NCBI GenBank assembly: GCA_021848325.1
Contig: JAJZUU010000004.1
Location: 8,720-72,719 of the forward strand
Reading direction: 5' to 3'
Length of the DNA: 64,000 nucleotides
Source: Pseudomonadota bacterium
GTDB taxonomy: Bacteria; Pseudomonadota; Gammaproteobacteria; Burkholderiales; JAJZUU01
Shown piece by piece: positions 50,594 to 58,903 of this stretch. Both the position numbers and the translations under genes were made by a program. Numbering within the stretch: the first letter of the stretch is position 1; each line of letters starts with the position of its first letter. A model generated the notes under the pieces. That model was not told the origin of the DNA, ran no database searches, and saw only the letters and a program-made list of their open reading frames with translations.

Positions 50594-50857
50594 AAAATGA
50601 ATTATATTATTGATTTAACAATGTTTTATTTAAAATTGCGGTGCGTATTTTTAGTCTAGCTACCTATTTAGCTACCCATATTGGGAATGGTAGATTTTCG
50701 ACCTGCATGATGTGGACTACACCTCTGTAGGATTTTACCGCAGCCGCCACGTTGCTTGAACCGATTTGCGCTGACACTTGAGCTTTTTTACTCAAAAGTC
50801 AGTAATTTAGACGACACTTGATGCCTGTGGAGCCTCGTAAATACTAGCCTTATGGAA

Positions 50858-52688
50858 ATCGGCATAGGGGGCGGCCATTATAGGCCGCGCCCCTGCCACA
50901 CCACCCGGCATGCGGGTCCGCACCGGGCGGTTCGAGAAGTTGAGGTCATGAGAGGCGGGGTACACCCAGATGATCGAAGTAGGCAATGGTCAGCACCCGT
51001 TTGATGTCGCCATCGCTGTTGCGCCACCAACTCCGCGAGTTTCCTGCTACCCGCTGCGCTACAGCCTCGGATGCGCCGAGCCTACGCAGTTCCCTGTGTA
51101 TGGTTGATCCGTGCTTCCAGTGCTTGAGATGGATCGCCCGGAGCCGGTGCCTCAACCATTCGTCCAGCGTGAGCCAGACTCGTGGCGTTTGCGCCAGCCC
51201 GAAATAGGCTTTCCCTCCCAAGAGGTAAGGCCGTAGTCGTTCGATGACCTCCGCCATGCTGCGTCCGCCCGAGCGCCGGGTCAGTTCTCGCGCCCGTTGC
51301 TTGAACGTCGCCAGCGCTTTAGCTGCCACGCCCCGTCTGACCTCGTCCCGATAGAACCAGAAGCTGTAGCCCAAGAACTTGCGTCCTCGGATGCTCGCTA
51401 CCGCGCTCTTGGTCTCATTGACCTTGAGCTGGAGCTTGTCATAGCACTGCCGCAGCATGGCCATTACTCGCTCACCCGCCCGCCGACTGCGCACATACAC
51501 GTTGCAGTCATCGGCGTAGCGCGCAAAGCAATGGCCCCGCCGTTCCAATTCCTTATCCACTTCGTCCAGCAGAACATTGGCCAGCAGCGGCGACAGCGGG
51601 CCGCCTTGCGGTGTCCCCTGATACCGCTCTTGCACCACGCCATCGCTCATGATCCCGCTGTTCAGGTACGCCCGTATCAGCCGAATCACTCCGGTATCCG
51701 GGATGCGCCTGCGCAGGCGGTCGATGAGAATGTCGTGATTGACCCGGTCAAAGAACTTCTCCAGGTCAACATCAACCACGATCCGCCGACCCGACTTCAC
51801 GTACGCCTGCGCGGCCAAGACCGCATCACGCGCCCGCCGTCCGGGCCGGAAACCGTAGCTGTGTTCGCTGAATGTGGGATCAAGTATCGGTTGCAGTACT
51901 TGCAGCAGTGCCTGCTGGTTCAACCGATCCGTCACCGTCGGAATGCCCAGCTCGCGCTCGCCTCCGTCCGGCTTCGGTATCGTCACCCGTCGTACCGGAC
52001 TGGGCCGGTACATCCCCCGCAGCAGTTGTTCTCGTAGCGCTGGCCATGTGGTGACGAGTTGCCGGGCGGTCTGGTCTATGTCCAGTCCGTCCACGCCCGC
52101 CGCTCCCTTGTTGGCCCGCACGCGCTTGAATGCCTGCTGCAGGTTCTCTCTCGTCAGCGCCGCAGCGAGCAGCGCCGACCCCGTGCTCTCGGTGTCTTGT
52201 CGCGGGCTGTTCGCTTCGTCGCTGGCAGGATCGCGCCCGGCTTCACCGTGCGTTACGCCCACCCGCTCCGCGGGTGCGGACTTCTGACGCGTTGCGTTCA
52301 ACATCGACATGGCCTTAAACACTTCTCCTCGTTCGGCCCTTCGCTCCATCTTGGCAGTTACTACGGCCTCGGCTGACTCCTCGCTCCGTGTTTCCACGTC
52401 GGCCTTTCAGCCATCAGGCGAGGTCTCCCCGGGTAAGAACGCATTCCTTCGCTGCACAACCGCCGGATTTACGCCGCTCCGCCTTGATCACGAGAGCTTC
52501 GCGGAATCATGCCCGCTCGCCCTGCTCGGCAACGCCTTCTATCCGATTCTTGTTCATCGGCTCGCAACTTCGCTCCACGCTTCCTCCCCACATTCGGTCG
52601 CCCTCATGCAGTTGCGCTTCGCTTCGTTCGCTGTGATCAACTTACGGCGGGACTTCCACCCGCAAGAATGCGCCCGTGCCGGGCGCAC
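50858..52688 (-). mobile_element. ORF-containing bacterial group II intron, compact (about 1.83 kb), class C-like; 3' boundary approximate
   Basis: The minus strand begins GTGCGCCCGGCACGGG at 52688 (GUGYG consensus). A domain V-like 34-nt helix lies at 50901-50933 (ACCGCCCGG/UGCG..CGCA/UG bulge/CCGGGUGGU), 12 nt after the RT stop. A domain VI-like helix with bulged UA lies at ~50860-50898. The RT/maturase ORF sits in domain IV. Confidence 0.8.
50946..52310 (-). CDS. group II intron reverse transcriptase/maturase (no endonuclease domain)
   Basis: RT domains including FARYADDCNVYV (YADD). The maturase/X domain follows, and the protein ends without an HNH/En module. ATG at 52310 preferred; the track ORF begins at a GTG at 52397. 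Confidence 0.85.
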   Translation of the reverse strand: MSMLNATRQKSAPAERVGVTHGEAGRDPASDEANSPRQDTESTGSALLAAALTRENLQQAFKRVRANKGAAGVDGLDIDQTARQLVTTWPALREQLLRGMYRPSPVRRVTIPKPDGGERELGIPTVTDRLNQQALLQVLQPILDPTFSEHSYGFRPGRRARDAVLAAQAYVKSGRRIVVDVDLEKFFDRVNHDILIDRLRRRIPDTGVIRLIRAYLNSGIMSDGVVQERYQGTPQGGPLSPLLANVLLDEVDKELERRGHCFARYADDCNVYVRSRRAGERVMAMLRQCYDKLQLKVNETKSAVASIRGRKFLGYSFWFYRDEVRRGVAAKALATFKQRARELTRRSGGRSMAEVIERLRPYLLGGKAYFGLAQTPRVWLTLDEWLRHRLRAIHLKHWKHGSTIHRELRRLGASEAVAQRVAGNSRSWWRNSDGDIKRVLTIAYFDHLGVPRLS

Positions 52689-52716
52689 ATAAACAACCCC
52701 GCAGCAAGCTGCGGGG
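52689..52716 (-). terminator. Rho-independent terminator-like hairpin immediately 5' of the intron insertion point
   Basis: The minus strand reads CCCCGCAG-CTTG-CTGCGGGG (52716-52697), followed by TTGTTTAT, then the intron GTGCG. It lies downstream of the minus-strand ArsR-SHOCT-methyltransferase unit. Confidence 0.6.
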
Positions 52717-52931
52717 TATTCGGGTTGAATGGGGTTATTTTTACGCCGTAAGCGGCGGGGAATCGCACCCAAAGAAATTAAACTGCGTAAATACGTTGGC
52801 TTGGATAATTTTCCACACCAAGGGGCTCGTGCGCTATACCACCATGTTCATTTGGCCTCGGGGACGCGCTCAAGTACCTCGGCTTCATTGAGGGCATTGA
52901 TTTCAATGCTCATCGGCCTCACCATTAAATA

Positions 52932-53045
52932 CTAAGATAAATCCCGCATCTTTTTCACCATGTCCATCATCATCGGGTTGGAACAACTGCCTTGTTCGGC
53001 CTGCGATTCGCTGCTCTCTTTGGTGTCTTGGTTTTTCGGTTCCAT
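52932..53045 (-). CDS. hypothetical 37-aa Met-rich peptide (below track cut-off)
   Basis: AAGGAG Shine-Dalgarno 7 nt before the ATG at 53045. Translation is MEPKNQDTKESSESQAEQGSCSNPMMMDMVKKMRDLS. No homology recognised. Confidence 0.3.
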   Translation of the reverse strand: MEPKNQDTKESSESQAEQGSCSNPMMMDMVKKMRDLS

Positions 53046-53210
53046 GTCGAATCTCCTTTGCATTGGATTACGTGAAATAGGGGAACGGCGTCAGGCCACC
53101 TATTCCCCTGGCCTTTCGTGTCGTGCTGCCTTCATGAAAATCGCCCCGTAGTGATAGGGCGGCAGCTCGACCAGCGCTTCCAGTTCGAAGCCAGCCGGTT
53201 CAACCACCGC

Positions 53211-53723
53211 CTAGGTCTGCTCCGGGGACATTCGAAGCTCGGTGCGCGGCCCTCTGGGCTGAGCCAGAACAGGCGTCTCTTCGCGCGCAATGGGATACCA
53301 ATTGACGATGGCGAGGCGCCCGGCGGGGGCCAGGACGGCAGCGATCTCGCGTGCCAATGCCGTCTTGTCCGGTGCGCCGTGGAAGATGTTGGCGATCAGG
53401 ACATAGTCCACCGGCGCGCCAATCAGACGGCTCAACTCCATCGCATTACCAAGCAGCCAGCCACAGTTCACCATCCCGTCACAAGCGGCTTTCGCTTGTT
53501 CCAGCATCGCTGGATCAAGGTCGAATCCGATGACGCGACCCGGGCCAAGCTGCCGGGCAATGGCGGCGGTGAAATAACCGTCCCCACAACCCAGGTCAAC
53601 CACCGTCATTTCTGGCTCAATGCGCAAAGCCTTGACGACGCCATCCGGATCGGGCCACAAGGCGCGCCACCAGTTCTGGTCCGGCATTACCGTGGCCGGG
53701 AATAATCGGTCTTGAAGCATCAT
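53211..53723 (-). CDS. class I SAM-dependent methyltransferase, apparently truncated by an in-frame TAG (the frame continues to 53103)
   Basis: VVDLGCGDGYF SAM motif and a Methyltransf_11/25-like core. After the TAG at 53208-53210 the same frame reads AVVEPAGFELEALVELPPYHYGAIFMKAARHERPGE, which looks like the normal C-terminus of this family. Confidence 0.8.
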   Translation of the reverse strand: MMLQDRLFPATVMPDQNWWRALWPDPDGVVKALRIEPEMTVVDLGCGDGYFTAAIARQLGPGRVIGFDLDPAMLEQAKAACDGMVNCGWLLGNAMELSRLIGAPVDYVLIANIFHGAPDKTALAREIAAVLAPAGRLAIVNWYPIAREETPVLAQPRGPRTELRMSPEQT

Positions 53724-53741
53724 TCGATAATTCCCTTGATG

Positions 53742-53972
53742 TTATTCCAAATCTTTTTTTATCTGCTGATATTCCTCGCGGCTGATTTCCCCACGGGCGT
53801 AGCGCTGGTCAAGAAGTTCACGTGCGTTTTCTTCTCTCTTGTGCGTTCCATGGTTGCCGCACATGGGCAAGCCGCCGCTGCGGAAGAGGAAGACCAGTAT
53901 CACGATGAGAAAGATCAGCGGAAATATCCACATCAACGGAAACATGCCCCACGGTCCATAGTTCCACATCAT
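53742..53972 (-). CDS. SHOCT-domain small membrane protein
   Basis: 76 aa. One TM segment, then ELLDQRYARGEISREEYQQIKKDL (SHOCT). Strong AAGGAGG SD. Its ATG shares one base with the ArsR stop (TAATG). Confidence 0.7.
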   Translation of the reverse strand: MMWNYGPWGMFPLMWIFPLIFLIVILVFLFRSGGLPMCGNHGTHKREENARELLDQRYARGEISREEYQQIKKDLE

Positions 53973-54346
53973 TAAGTTACCTCCTTGGTTTTCGCCGCCG
54001 CCGAATTGTGCCCAATTGGACGGCTATGCTGTTTGACCTCGCTTGCGACCGCGGCTGGGTGTGCGTCCAGCCAATGTTTCAAGTCGTGCAGAATGCGCAA
54101 CAACTCGGTGTCGGCGAGGCAGTAATAGATAAAAGCTCCGCGACGTTTGGCCCGGACGAATCCCGCCTCACGCAACACGCGCAGGTGGAATGACACATTG
54201 GTTTGCCCCAAGCCCGTTGCATTGATGATGTCTGTCACCGGACGGCATTCCAGTCCTAAACCACACAAGATGCGTAACCGGTTCGGTTCTCCGAGCACTT
54301 TGAGTGCCGGAATAATCTGCTCTTGATCGTGTTCGGGAAATTTCAT
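53972..54346 (-). CDS. ArsR/SmtB-family metalloregulator
   Basis: 124 aa. LKVLGEPNRLRILCGL....PVTDIINATGLGQTNVSFHLRVLREAGFV winged helix-turn-helix. Confidence 0.85.
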   Translation of the reverse strand: MKFPEHDQEQIIPALKVLGEPNRLRILCGLGLECRPVTDIINATGLGQTNVSFHLRVLREAGFVRAKRRGAFIYYCLADTELLRILHDLKHWLDAHPAAVASEVKQHSRPIGHNSAAAKTKEVT

Positions 54347-54366
54347 AATTAAATATTAGTCTATAC

Positions 54367-54390
54367 TTATATGAGTGGAAACTCATATAA
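54367..54390. promoter_or_regulatory. candidate ArsR/SmtB operator (10-4-10 perfect palindrome)
   Basis: TTATATGAGT-GGAA-ACTCATATAA lies 21-44 nt upstream of the ArsR ATG (54346), inside an AT-rich promoter-like stretch. Confidence 0.5.
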
Positions 54391-54631
54391 TACCCGACTC
54401 GGTGTCAAACGTATCAGTGTGTTCAAGAGCTGCTGACTTAGCGCTGTGGATGGGGGGTCTGGGAGCGGATGGGTTCCGCACTCTGAGGGGGTCATGCGTC
54501 TCGTGCCTTCCGTATGACGTTACCCAGGTGTGCCTTCCTTCCCTATCGTCAAAGGGCCCCGAATACTTCTTGCACTGCCAGCTACGCTCAGTTTATCATT
54601 ATCGCAATCGTTTAAATGATGAGCGCTCGCG

Positions 54632-55012
54632 ATGCCCACCGCCGAAATTATTACCAGCCCAACCTGTAACGTCACCTGCTTCGACCAGGAGAAGGTGACC
54701 CGGATCAAGTCCGATCTGGCGAAGGATGAGCAGTTACTGCCGCAACTGGCCGAGCTGTACAAGCTGCTGGGCAACGTCACGCGCCTGAAGATACTGCTCT
54801 CGCTCGCCCATGGCGAGTTGTGCGTCTGCGACGTGTCCCATGTGCTGGGACTGACCGTCGCCGCCACCTCACACCAGCTCAAGCTGCTGCGCAGCCAGGG
54901 CTGGCTCACCATGCGCAACGACGGCAAGATGGTCTATTACCAGGTGCACAGCGAGGGCCTGCTCAGGGCACTCAAGGGCGACTTGCGTCTCTTGGAGAAG
55001 CGCCTGGCCTGA
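54632..55012 (+). CDS. ArsR/SmtB-family regulator, CadC-like (Cd/Pb/Zn type)
   Basis: 126 aa. N-terminal Cys pair (SPTCNVTC) and alpha3 ELCVCDV metal site. LKLLGNVTRLKILLSL...SHQLKLLR HTH. Confidence 0.85.
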   Translation: MPTAEIITSPTCNVTCFDQEKVTRIKSDLAKDEQLLPQLAELYKLLGNVTRLKILLSLAHGELCVCDVSHVLGLTVAATSHQLKLLRSQGWLTMRNDGKMVYYQVHSEGLLRALKGDLRLLEKRLA

Positions 55013-55026
55013 CCCGGGTGAAAGCC

Positions 55027-57192
55027 ATGAGTGCGGACATGGGCAAAAAGACGCTTGAGTTGGAAGTCGAAGGACTCTGCTGCACGGAGTGCGCAGTAGC
55101 CGTCGAAAAAACCCTCTCCCACCGGGCAGGCGTGGATCAGGTGAAGATCCTCTCGGCCGCCGAGAAGGTGCGACTCAACTACGACGAGAGCAAGACCAGC
55201 AAAGAGGAACTGGCGGATTCGATTGCGGCCTTGGGCTACAAGGTCCGGTACAAGGGCGAGGACGTTGCGGCCACGGCCAAAGCAGGAGGGTCGCGAGTGA
55301 GCCGCGAGGTCGTTCGATTCGGGTTCGTGGCCCTGGTTGCGCTCATCGCGTTGCTCGAAATCGGCGGGGAGTATCTGGGCTGGTTCGAGAAGGCGCAGGA
55401 GAGGATTCCGGTGCCGGTTCTGCTCGCGACCATAGCCATCGGAGGCTACCCCATCTTCAAGCGCGCCGTGCTCGGCGCGATCAGCAAACAGATCAACGTC
55501 GACTCCATGATGAGCGTGGGGATTCTGAGCGCCGCCGCCATCGGCCAATATACTTCCTCCATGCTCATCGTTTTCTTCATGGGGATCGCGCACTTCCTGG
55601 AGGAATTCACCACCAGAAAATCCCGGAAAGCCATTCAAGAGCTGGTCAAGTTCTCCCCCAAAACGGCCCACGTCAAGTTAAACGGGCAAGAGCGGGAGAT
55701 CGCCGTGGAGGCATTACGGGTCGGCGACATCGTTGCGGTGCGCCCGGGCGAACAAATCCCTGCGGACGGCGCAGTCGTAGCCGGTGTGAGTTCCGTGAAT
55801 CAGGCCTCCATCACCGGCGAGAGCATGCCTGTGGCGAAACAGGCGGGAAGCGAGGTCTTCGCCGCGACGATGAACGAACGCGGCTATCTGGAAGTGAAGG
55901 TGAGCCGAATCGGCGCCGACACGACCTTTGGCAAGATTATCAAGCTCGTCGAAGAGGCCGAAGCGGTCAAGGCGCCTGTGCAGAAGTTCGCCGACCGGTT
56001 TACCACCTATTTCCTGCCCGCTGCGATCGGGGTTGCCGTCCTCACTTATCTCATTTCTGGCGAGCTCATCTACGCGATCTCGGTCCTCGTCGCCGCATGC
56101 CCGTGCGCCGTGGGATTGGCGACGCCGCTGTCCGTGATTGCCAGTGTCGGAAGCGGCGCCAGGAGAGGACTCCTGATCAAGGGCGGTCTTTACCTCGAAC
56201 GGCTGGCAAAGGTCGATTGCGTGGTCATGGATAAAACCGGAACCGTGACGCTTGGCAAGCCCCAGGTCACCGACGTGGTGTCGTTGAACGGATTACCGGC
56301 GGAGGGTCTGCTCAAGCACGCGGCGAGCCTCGAAAAAAATTCCGAGCATCCGATCGCCTCGGCGATCCTGTCGTATGCCGGGGCGCAAAACGTTCTTGCG
56401 CCGGATGCCGAGCACTTCGAATACACCGTAGGGCGAGGGCTTCGTGGCATCGTGGAAGGGAAAGCGGTTGTGCTGGGGAACGTTCGCTTGCTGCAAGGCT
56501 TGAGGATATCGCTTTCCCCGCACGCCGAATCGGTCATCAGCGCGCTCGGAAACGAGGGCAAGACCGCTCTCCTGTTGGCCATCAACGGCGTGGCCGAGGG
56601 AATTGTCGGCGTCGCGGACGTGATGCGCGAGGAAGTGCCCGCGGTGATCGAAGCACTGCGGCAGCTCGGTATCAAGCGTCTCATGCTGCTGACCGGCGAC
56701 AACGAGCGGGTGGCGGCAGCAATCGCCAACAAGCTCGGCATCACGGATTACCGATCCGGCCTGTTGCCGGAAGACAAGATTGAAATCGTCAAAGCACTAC
56801 AGCGCGCGGGGTTAACGGTGGCTATGGTTGGCGACGGCGTCAACGACGCGCCTGCCTTGGCGCAAGCCGACGTGGGGATCGCCATGGGCGTGGTGGGCAG
56901 CGACGTCGCGTTGGAGGCTGCCCATGTGGCACTGATGCGAGACGATTGGAGCCAGATTCCACAGGCTATCCAGGTGGGCCGCCGGACCTACCGGGTGATT
57001 CGGCAGAATATTTTTCTCGGCATCACCTGGGACATTGTCACGATGGGGCTTGCCTCGGTGGGGATTATCGGCCCCGTCCTGGCCGCAGCAACCGAGGTGG
57101 TCCCGGATGTGTTCGTATCACTCAACTCGGCCCGGCTTCTCAAAGCACCCGAAAGACTGTTCAGTAGAACGGCAGTTGCCGATGGATCCTAA
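55027..57192 (+). CDS. heavy-metal translocating P1B-type ATPase
   Basis: ATG at 55027 gives 721 aa. N-terminal HMA domain with GLCCTECA, TGES, TM CPC (VAACPCAVGLATP), DKTGT, SEHPIA, GDGVNDAP. Confidence 0.9.
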   Translation: MSADMGKKTLELEVEGLCCTECAVAVEKTLSHRAGVDQVKILSAAEKVRLNYDESKTSKEELADSIAALGYKVRYKGEDVAATAKAGGSRVSREVVRFGFVALVALIALLEIGGEYLGWFEKAQERIPVPVLLATIAIGGYPIFKRAVLGAISKQINVDSMMSVGILSAAAIGQYTSSMLIVFFMGIAHFLEEFTTRKSRKAIQELVKFSPKTAHVKLNGQEREIAVEALRVGDIVAVRPGEQIPADGAVVAGVSSVNQASITGESMPVAKQAGSEVFAATMNERGYLEVKVSRIGADTTFGKIIKLVEEAEAVKAPVQKFADRFTTYFLPAAIGVAVLTYLISGELIYAISVLVAACPCAVGLATPLSVIASVGSGARRGLLIKGGLYLERLAKVDCVVMDKTGTVTLGKPQVTDVVSLNGLPAEGLLKHAASLEKNSEHPIASAILSYAGAQNVLAPDAEHFEYTVGRGLRGIVEGKAVVLGNVRLLQGLRISLSPHAESVISALGNEGKTALLLAINGVAEGIVGVADVMREEVPAVIEALRQLGIKRLMLLTGDNERVAAAIANKLGITDYRSGLLPEDKIEIVKALQRAGLTVAMVGDGVNDAPALAQADVGIAMGVVGSDVALEAAHVALMRDDWSQIPQAIQVGRRTYRVIRQNIFLGITWDIVTMGLASVGIIGPVLAAATEVVPDVFVSLNSARLLKAPERLFSRTAVADGS

Positions 57193-57221
57193 GCTGCTGG
57201 GCTCGTCACCGGAGCAAGAAC

Positions 57222-57743
57222 ATGAAAGGAGATATGGAAATGAAGAAATCAATCAAGACCGTTACGCGAAGAACCACATCAAGCAGTACCACCAGGAAGC
57301 GCGGATTCTGGATTGCAGGCGCACTCGCGTTAGGCGCTGCACTTGCGACGGGGACGGCGCTATTGGCCGGCGGCGGAGTCGCCAACGCTGGCTTACCCGA
57401 CCTGCTGGGCAAGGCGCAGCCGTCGCTGCCCAAGGGAGCGTTGCAGGTGCAAGACCTGGAGGCCGATCCAAAAGGCTATACCGGCAAGATTCTCGTGCGC
57501 GGCGTCGTCGCGAAAGTTTCTCCCAATGATCCACAGCTCTTCGCATTGATCGACTCGCGCGAGGCCCGTGTCTGCCAGGACCTGCATTGCGCCAAGTTCT
57601 ACCTGCCGATCAAGGTCAAGGATACGAATCTCAAACCCTGGGATGAGGTGAACGTGCGCGGGATCATGACGGAGGACACGGACAAAAAAATGGTTTATCT
57701 CCGCGCCGACTCGGTAGAGAACCTGGGCTCGATCAAGAAATGA
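57222..57743 (+). CDS. hypothetical exported protein with C-x4-C/His motif
   Basis: 173 aa. Basic N-region and Ala/Gly-rich hydrophobic segment, then a ~110-aa beta-rich-looking domain containing RVCQDLHC. Its stop overlaps the next ATG (ATGA). No family recognised. Confidence 0.55.
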   Translation: MKGDMEMKKSIKTVTRRTTSSSTTRKRGFWIAGALALGAALATGTALLAGGGVANAGLPDLLGKAQPSLPKGALQVQDLEADPKGYTGKILVRGVVAKVSPNDPQLFALIDSREARVCQDLHCAKFYLPIKVKDTNLKPWDEVNVRGIMTEDTDKKMVYLRADSVENLGSIKK

Positions 57744-58903
57744 ACCTCGGCAAACTGGTGTGGCGCAACCTGCTGCGCCGGCGCGGGCGCTTTGTCTTCA
57801 CCTTGGCGGGCGTGAGCGTGGGCATGGCGGCGTTCGTCGCGCTTATGACCATTGGGCAAGGCCTGACCACGGAAATCAAGAAGCAGGCGCAAGGACTTGG
57901 CGCCAATCTGGTGGTCACGCCCAAGGGCTGGTGCGCCTATGAACAAATCTCGGTGCTCACCGGAGAGCAACTGCCCGAGGCGATCCCCATGTCCGAGCTG
58001 GAGAAAATTCGAGCCGTGCCGGGTGTCAAGAGCGCCGTTCCCTACCTCAACGAGAAGACTGCGTTCCGCAACCAGCCGGTGCCGGTAATCGGCGTGTGGC
58101 CTGAAGAGATGCGCGCGTTGCAGAAGTGGAGTATCGATTCCGGGCGCTACTTCAACTCTCTGGATGAGCGTGGGATCGTGGTCGGGTCGGCAATCGCCAA
58201 ACAGTTCAAGCTCCGGCCGGGCGACGAATTCACCGTGCGCGGCAAGACGATTCCCGTGATAGGTATTCTTCGGGAAGCGGGCAGCAAGGACGACATCGCC
58301 ACCTTCATTCCGCTCGCTCTTGCGCAGCAAATTTATGACGTGCAGGACAAGGTGTCGTTCATCGCCGTCCAGGTGAGTGACCTCGAAAAAATCGAGGCAA
58401 CTAGCCTTAAAATCCAGGAAGTTGCCAATGTCGCCGTCGTCACCGACAAGCAACTGCTGTCTTCGGTCCTGTCCATCGTGGGTTCGGTCGGTGCGGCCAT
58501 GCAGGCGGTGGCGGCAGTCGGCGTACTTGCTGCGGCGTTCGGTATCGTCAATACCCTGCTCACCGCAGTGCATGAACGCCGGCGCGAGATCGGCATTCTG
58601 CAGGCGCTCGGCAGCACCCGACGTACATTGTTCCTGGCATTCATGCTCGAATCCGGGCTCTACGGCTTGCTCGGCGGGATTCTGGGCGTGACGATTGGCG
58701 TTCTCGCTGCTTACCTGTTCGGCTCTTACCTCACCGACAATGCGTTCACAGCGTCACTGCATCAGTCACAGACGGTGGCGATCGACTATGGGACCATCCT
58801 TCTCACTTTGGGCTTTTCCGTGTGTCTCGCACTCTTCGCTGGTCTTTACCCGGCGTACCGGGCGACCAAGCTCTCTCCGGTGGAGGCCATGCGCTATGTC
58901 TAA
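57740..58903 (+). CDS. FtsX/MacB-type ABC transporter permease
   Basis: 387 aa. TM1, then a ~210-aa periplasmic domain, then three C-terminal TM segments (FtsX domain). RRREIGILQALGSTR linker motif. Confidence 0.85.
   Translation: MNLGKLVWRNLLRRRGRFVFTLAGVSVGMAAFVALMTIGQGLTTEIKKQAQGLGANLVVTPKGWCAYEQISVLTGEQLPEAIPMSELEKIRAVPGVKSAVPYLNEKTAFRNQPVPVIGVWPEEMRALQKWSIDSGRYFNSLDERGIVVGSAIAKQFKLRPGDEFTVRGKTIPVIGILREAGSKDDIATFIPLALAQQIYDVQDKVSFIAVQVSDLEKIEATSLKIQEVANVAVVTDKQLLSSVLSIVGSVGAAMQAVAAVGVLAAAFGIVNTLLTAVHERRREIGILQALGSTRRTLFLAFMLESGLYGLLGGILGVTIGVLAAYLFGSYLTDNAFTASLHQSQTVAIDYGTILLTLGFSVCLALFAGLYPAYRATKLSPVEAMRYV

Noticed and set aside
50657-50676. Direct repeat TAGCTACC-TATT-TAGCTACC upstream of xthA
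   Set aside because: Only two 8-bp copies in an AT-rich tract, with no partner elsewhere in the window. This is too short to call an att site or operator. It is noted only as something to include in an island-junction search.
52309-52772. Short ORFs (52309..52692, 52388..52636, 52509..52751 plus; 52554..52772 minus)
   Set aside because: They lie within or across the structured 5' RNA domains of the group II intron and the exon hairpin. There are no start signals or protein-like features.
54590-54631. Weak dyad ATCATT-N14-AATGAT just upstream of the CadC-like gene as its operator
   Set aside because: It has only 6-bp arms with a long spacer, which can easily arise by chance in an AT-rich stretch. 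It is mentioned in a finding but not annotated.
57222-57330. Possible twin-arginine (Tat) signal in the 173-aa exported protein (TRKRGFWIAG)
   Set aside because: The motif is RKR, not the canonical S/T-R-R-x-F-L-K, and cannot be distinguished from a Sec signal by eye.
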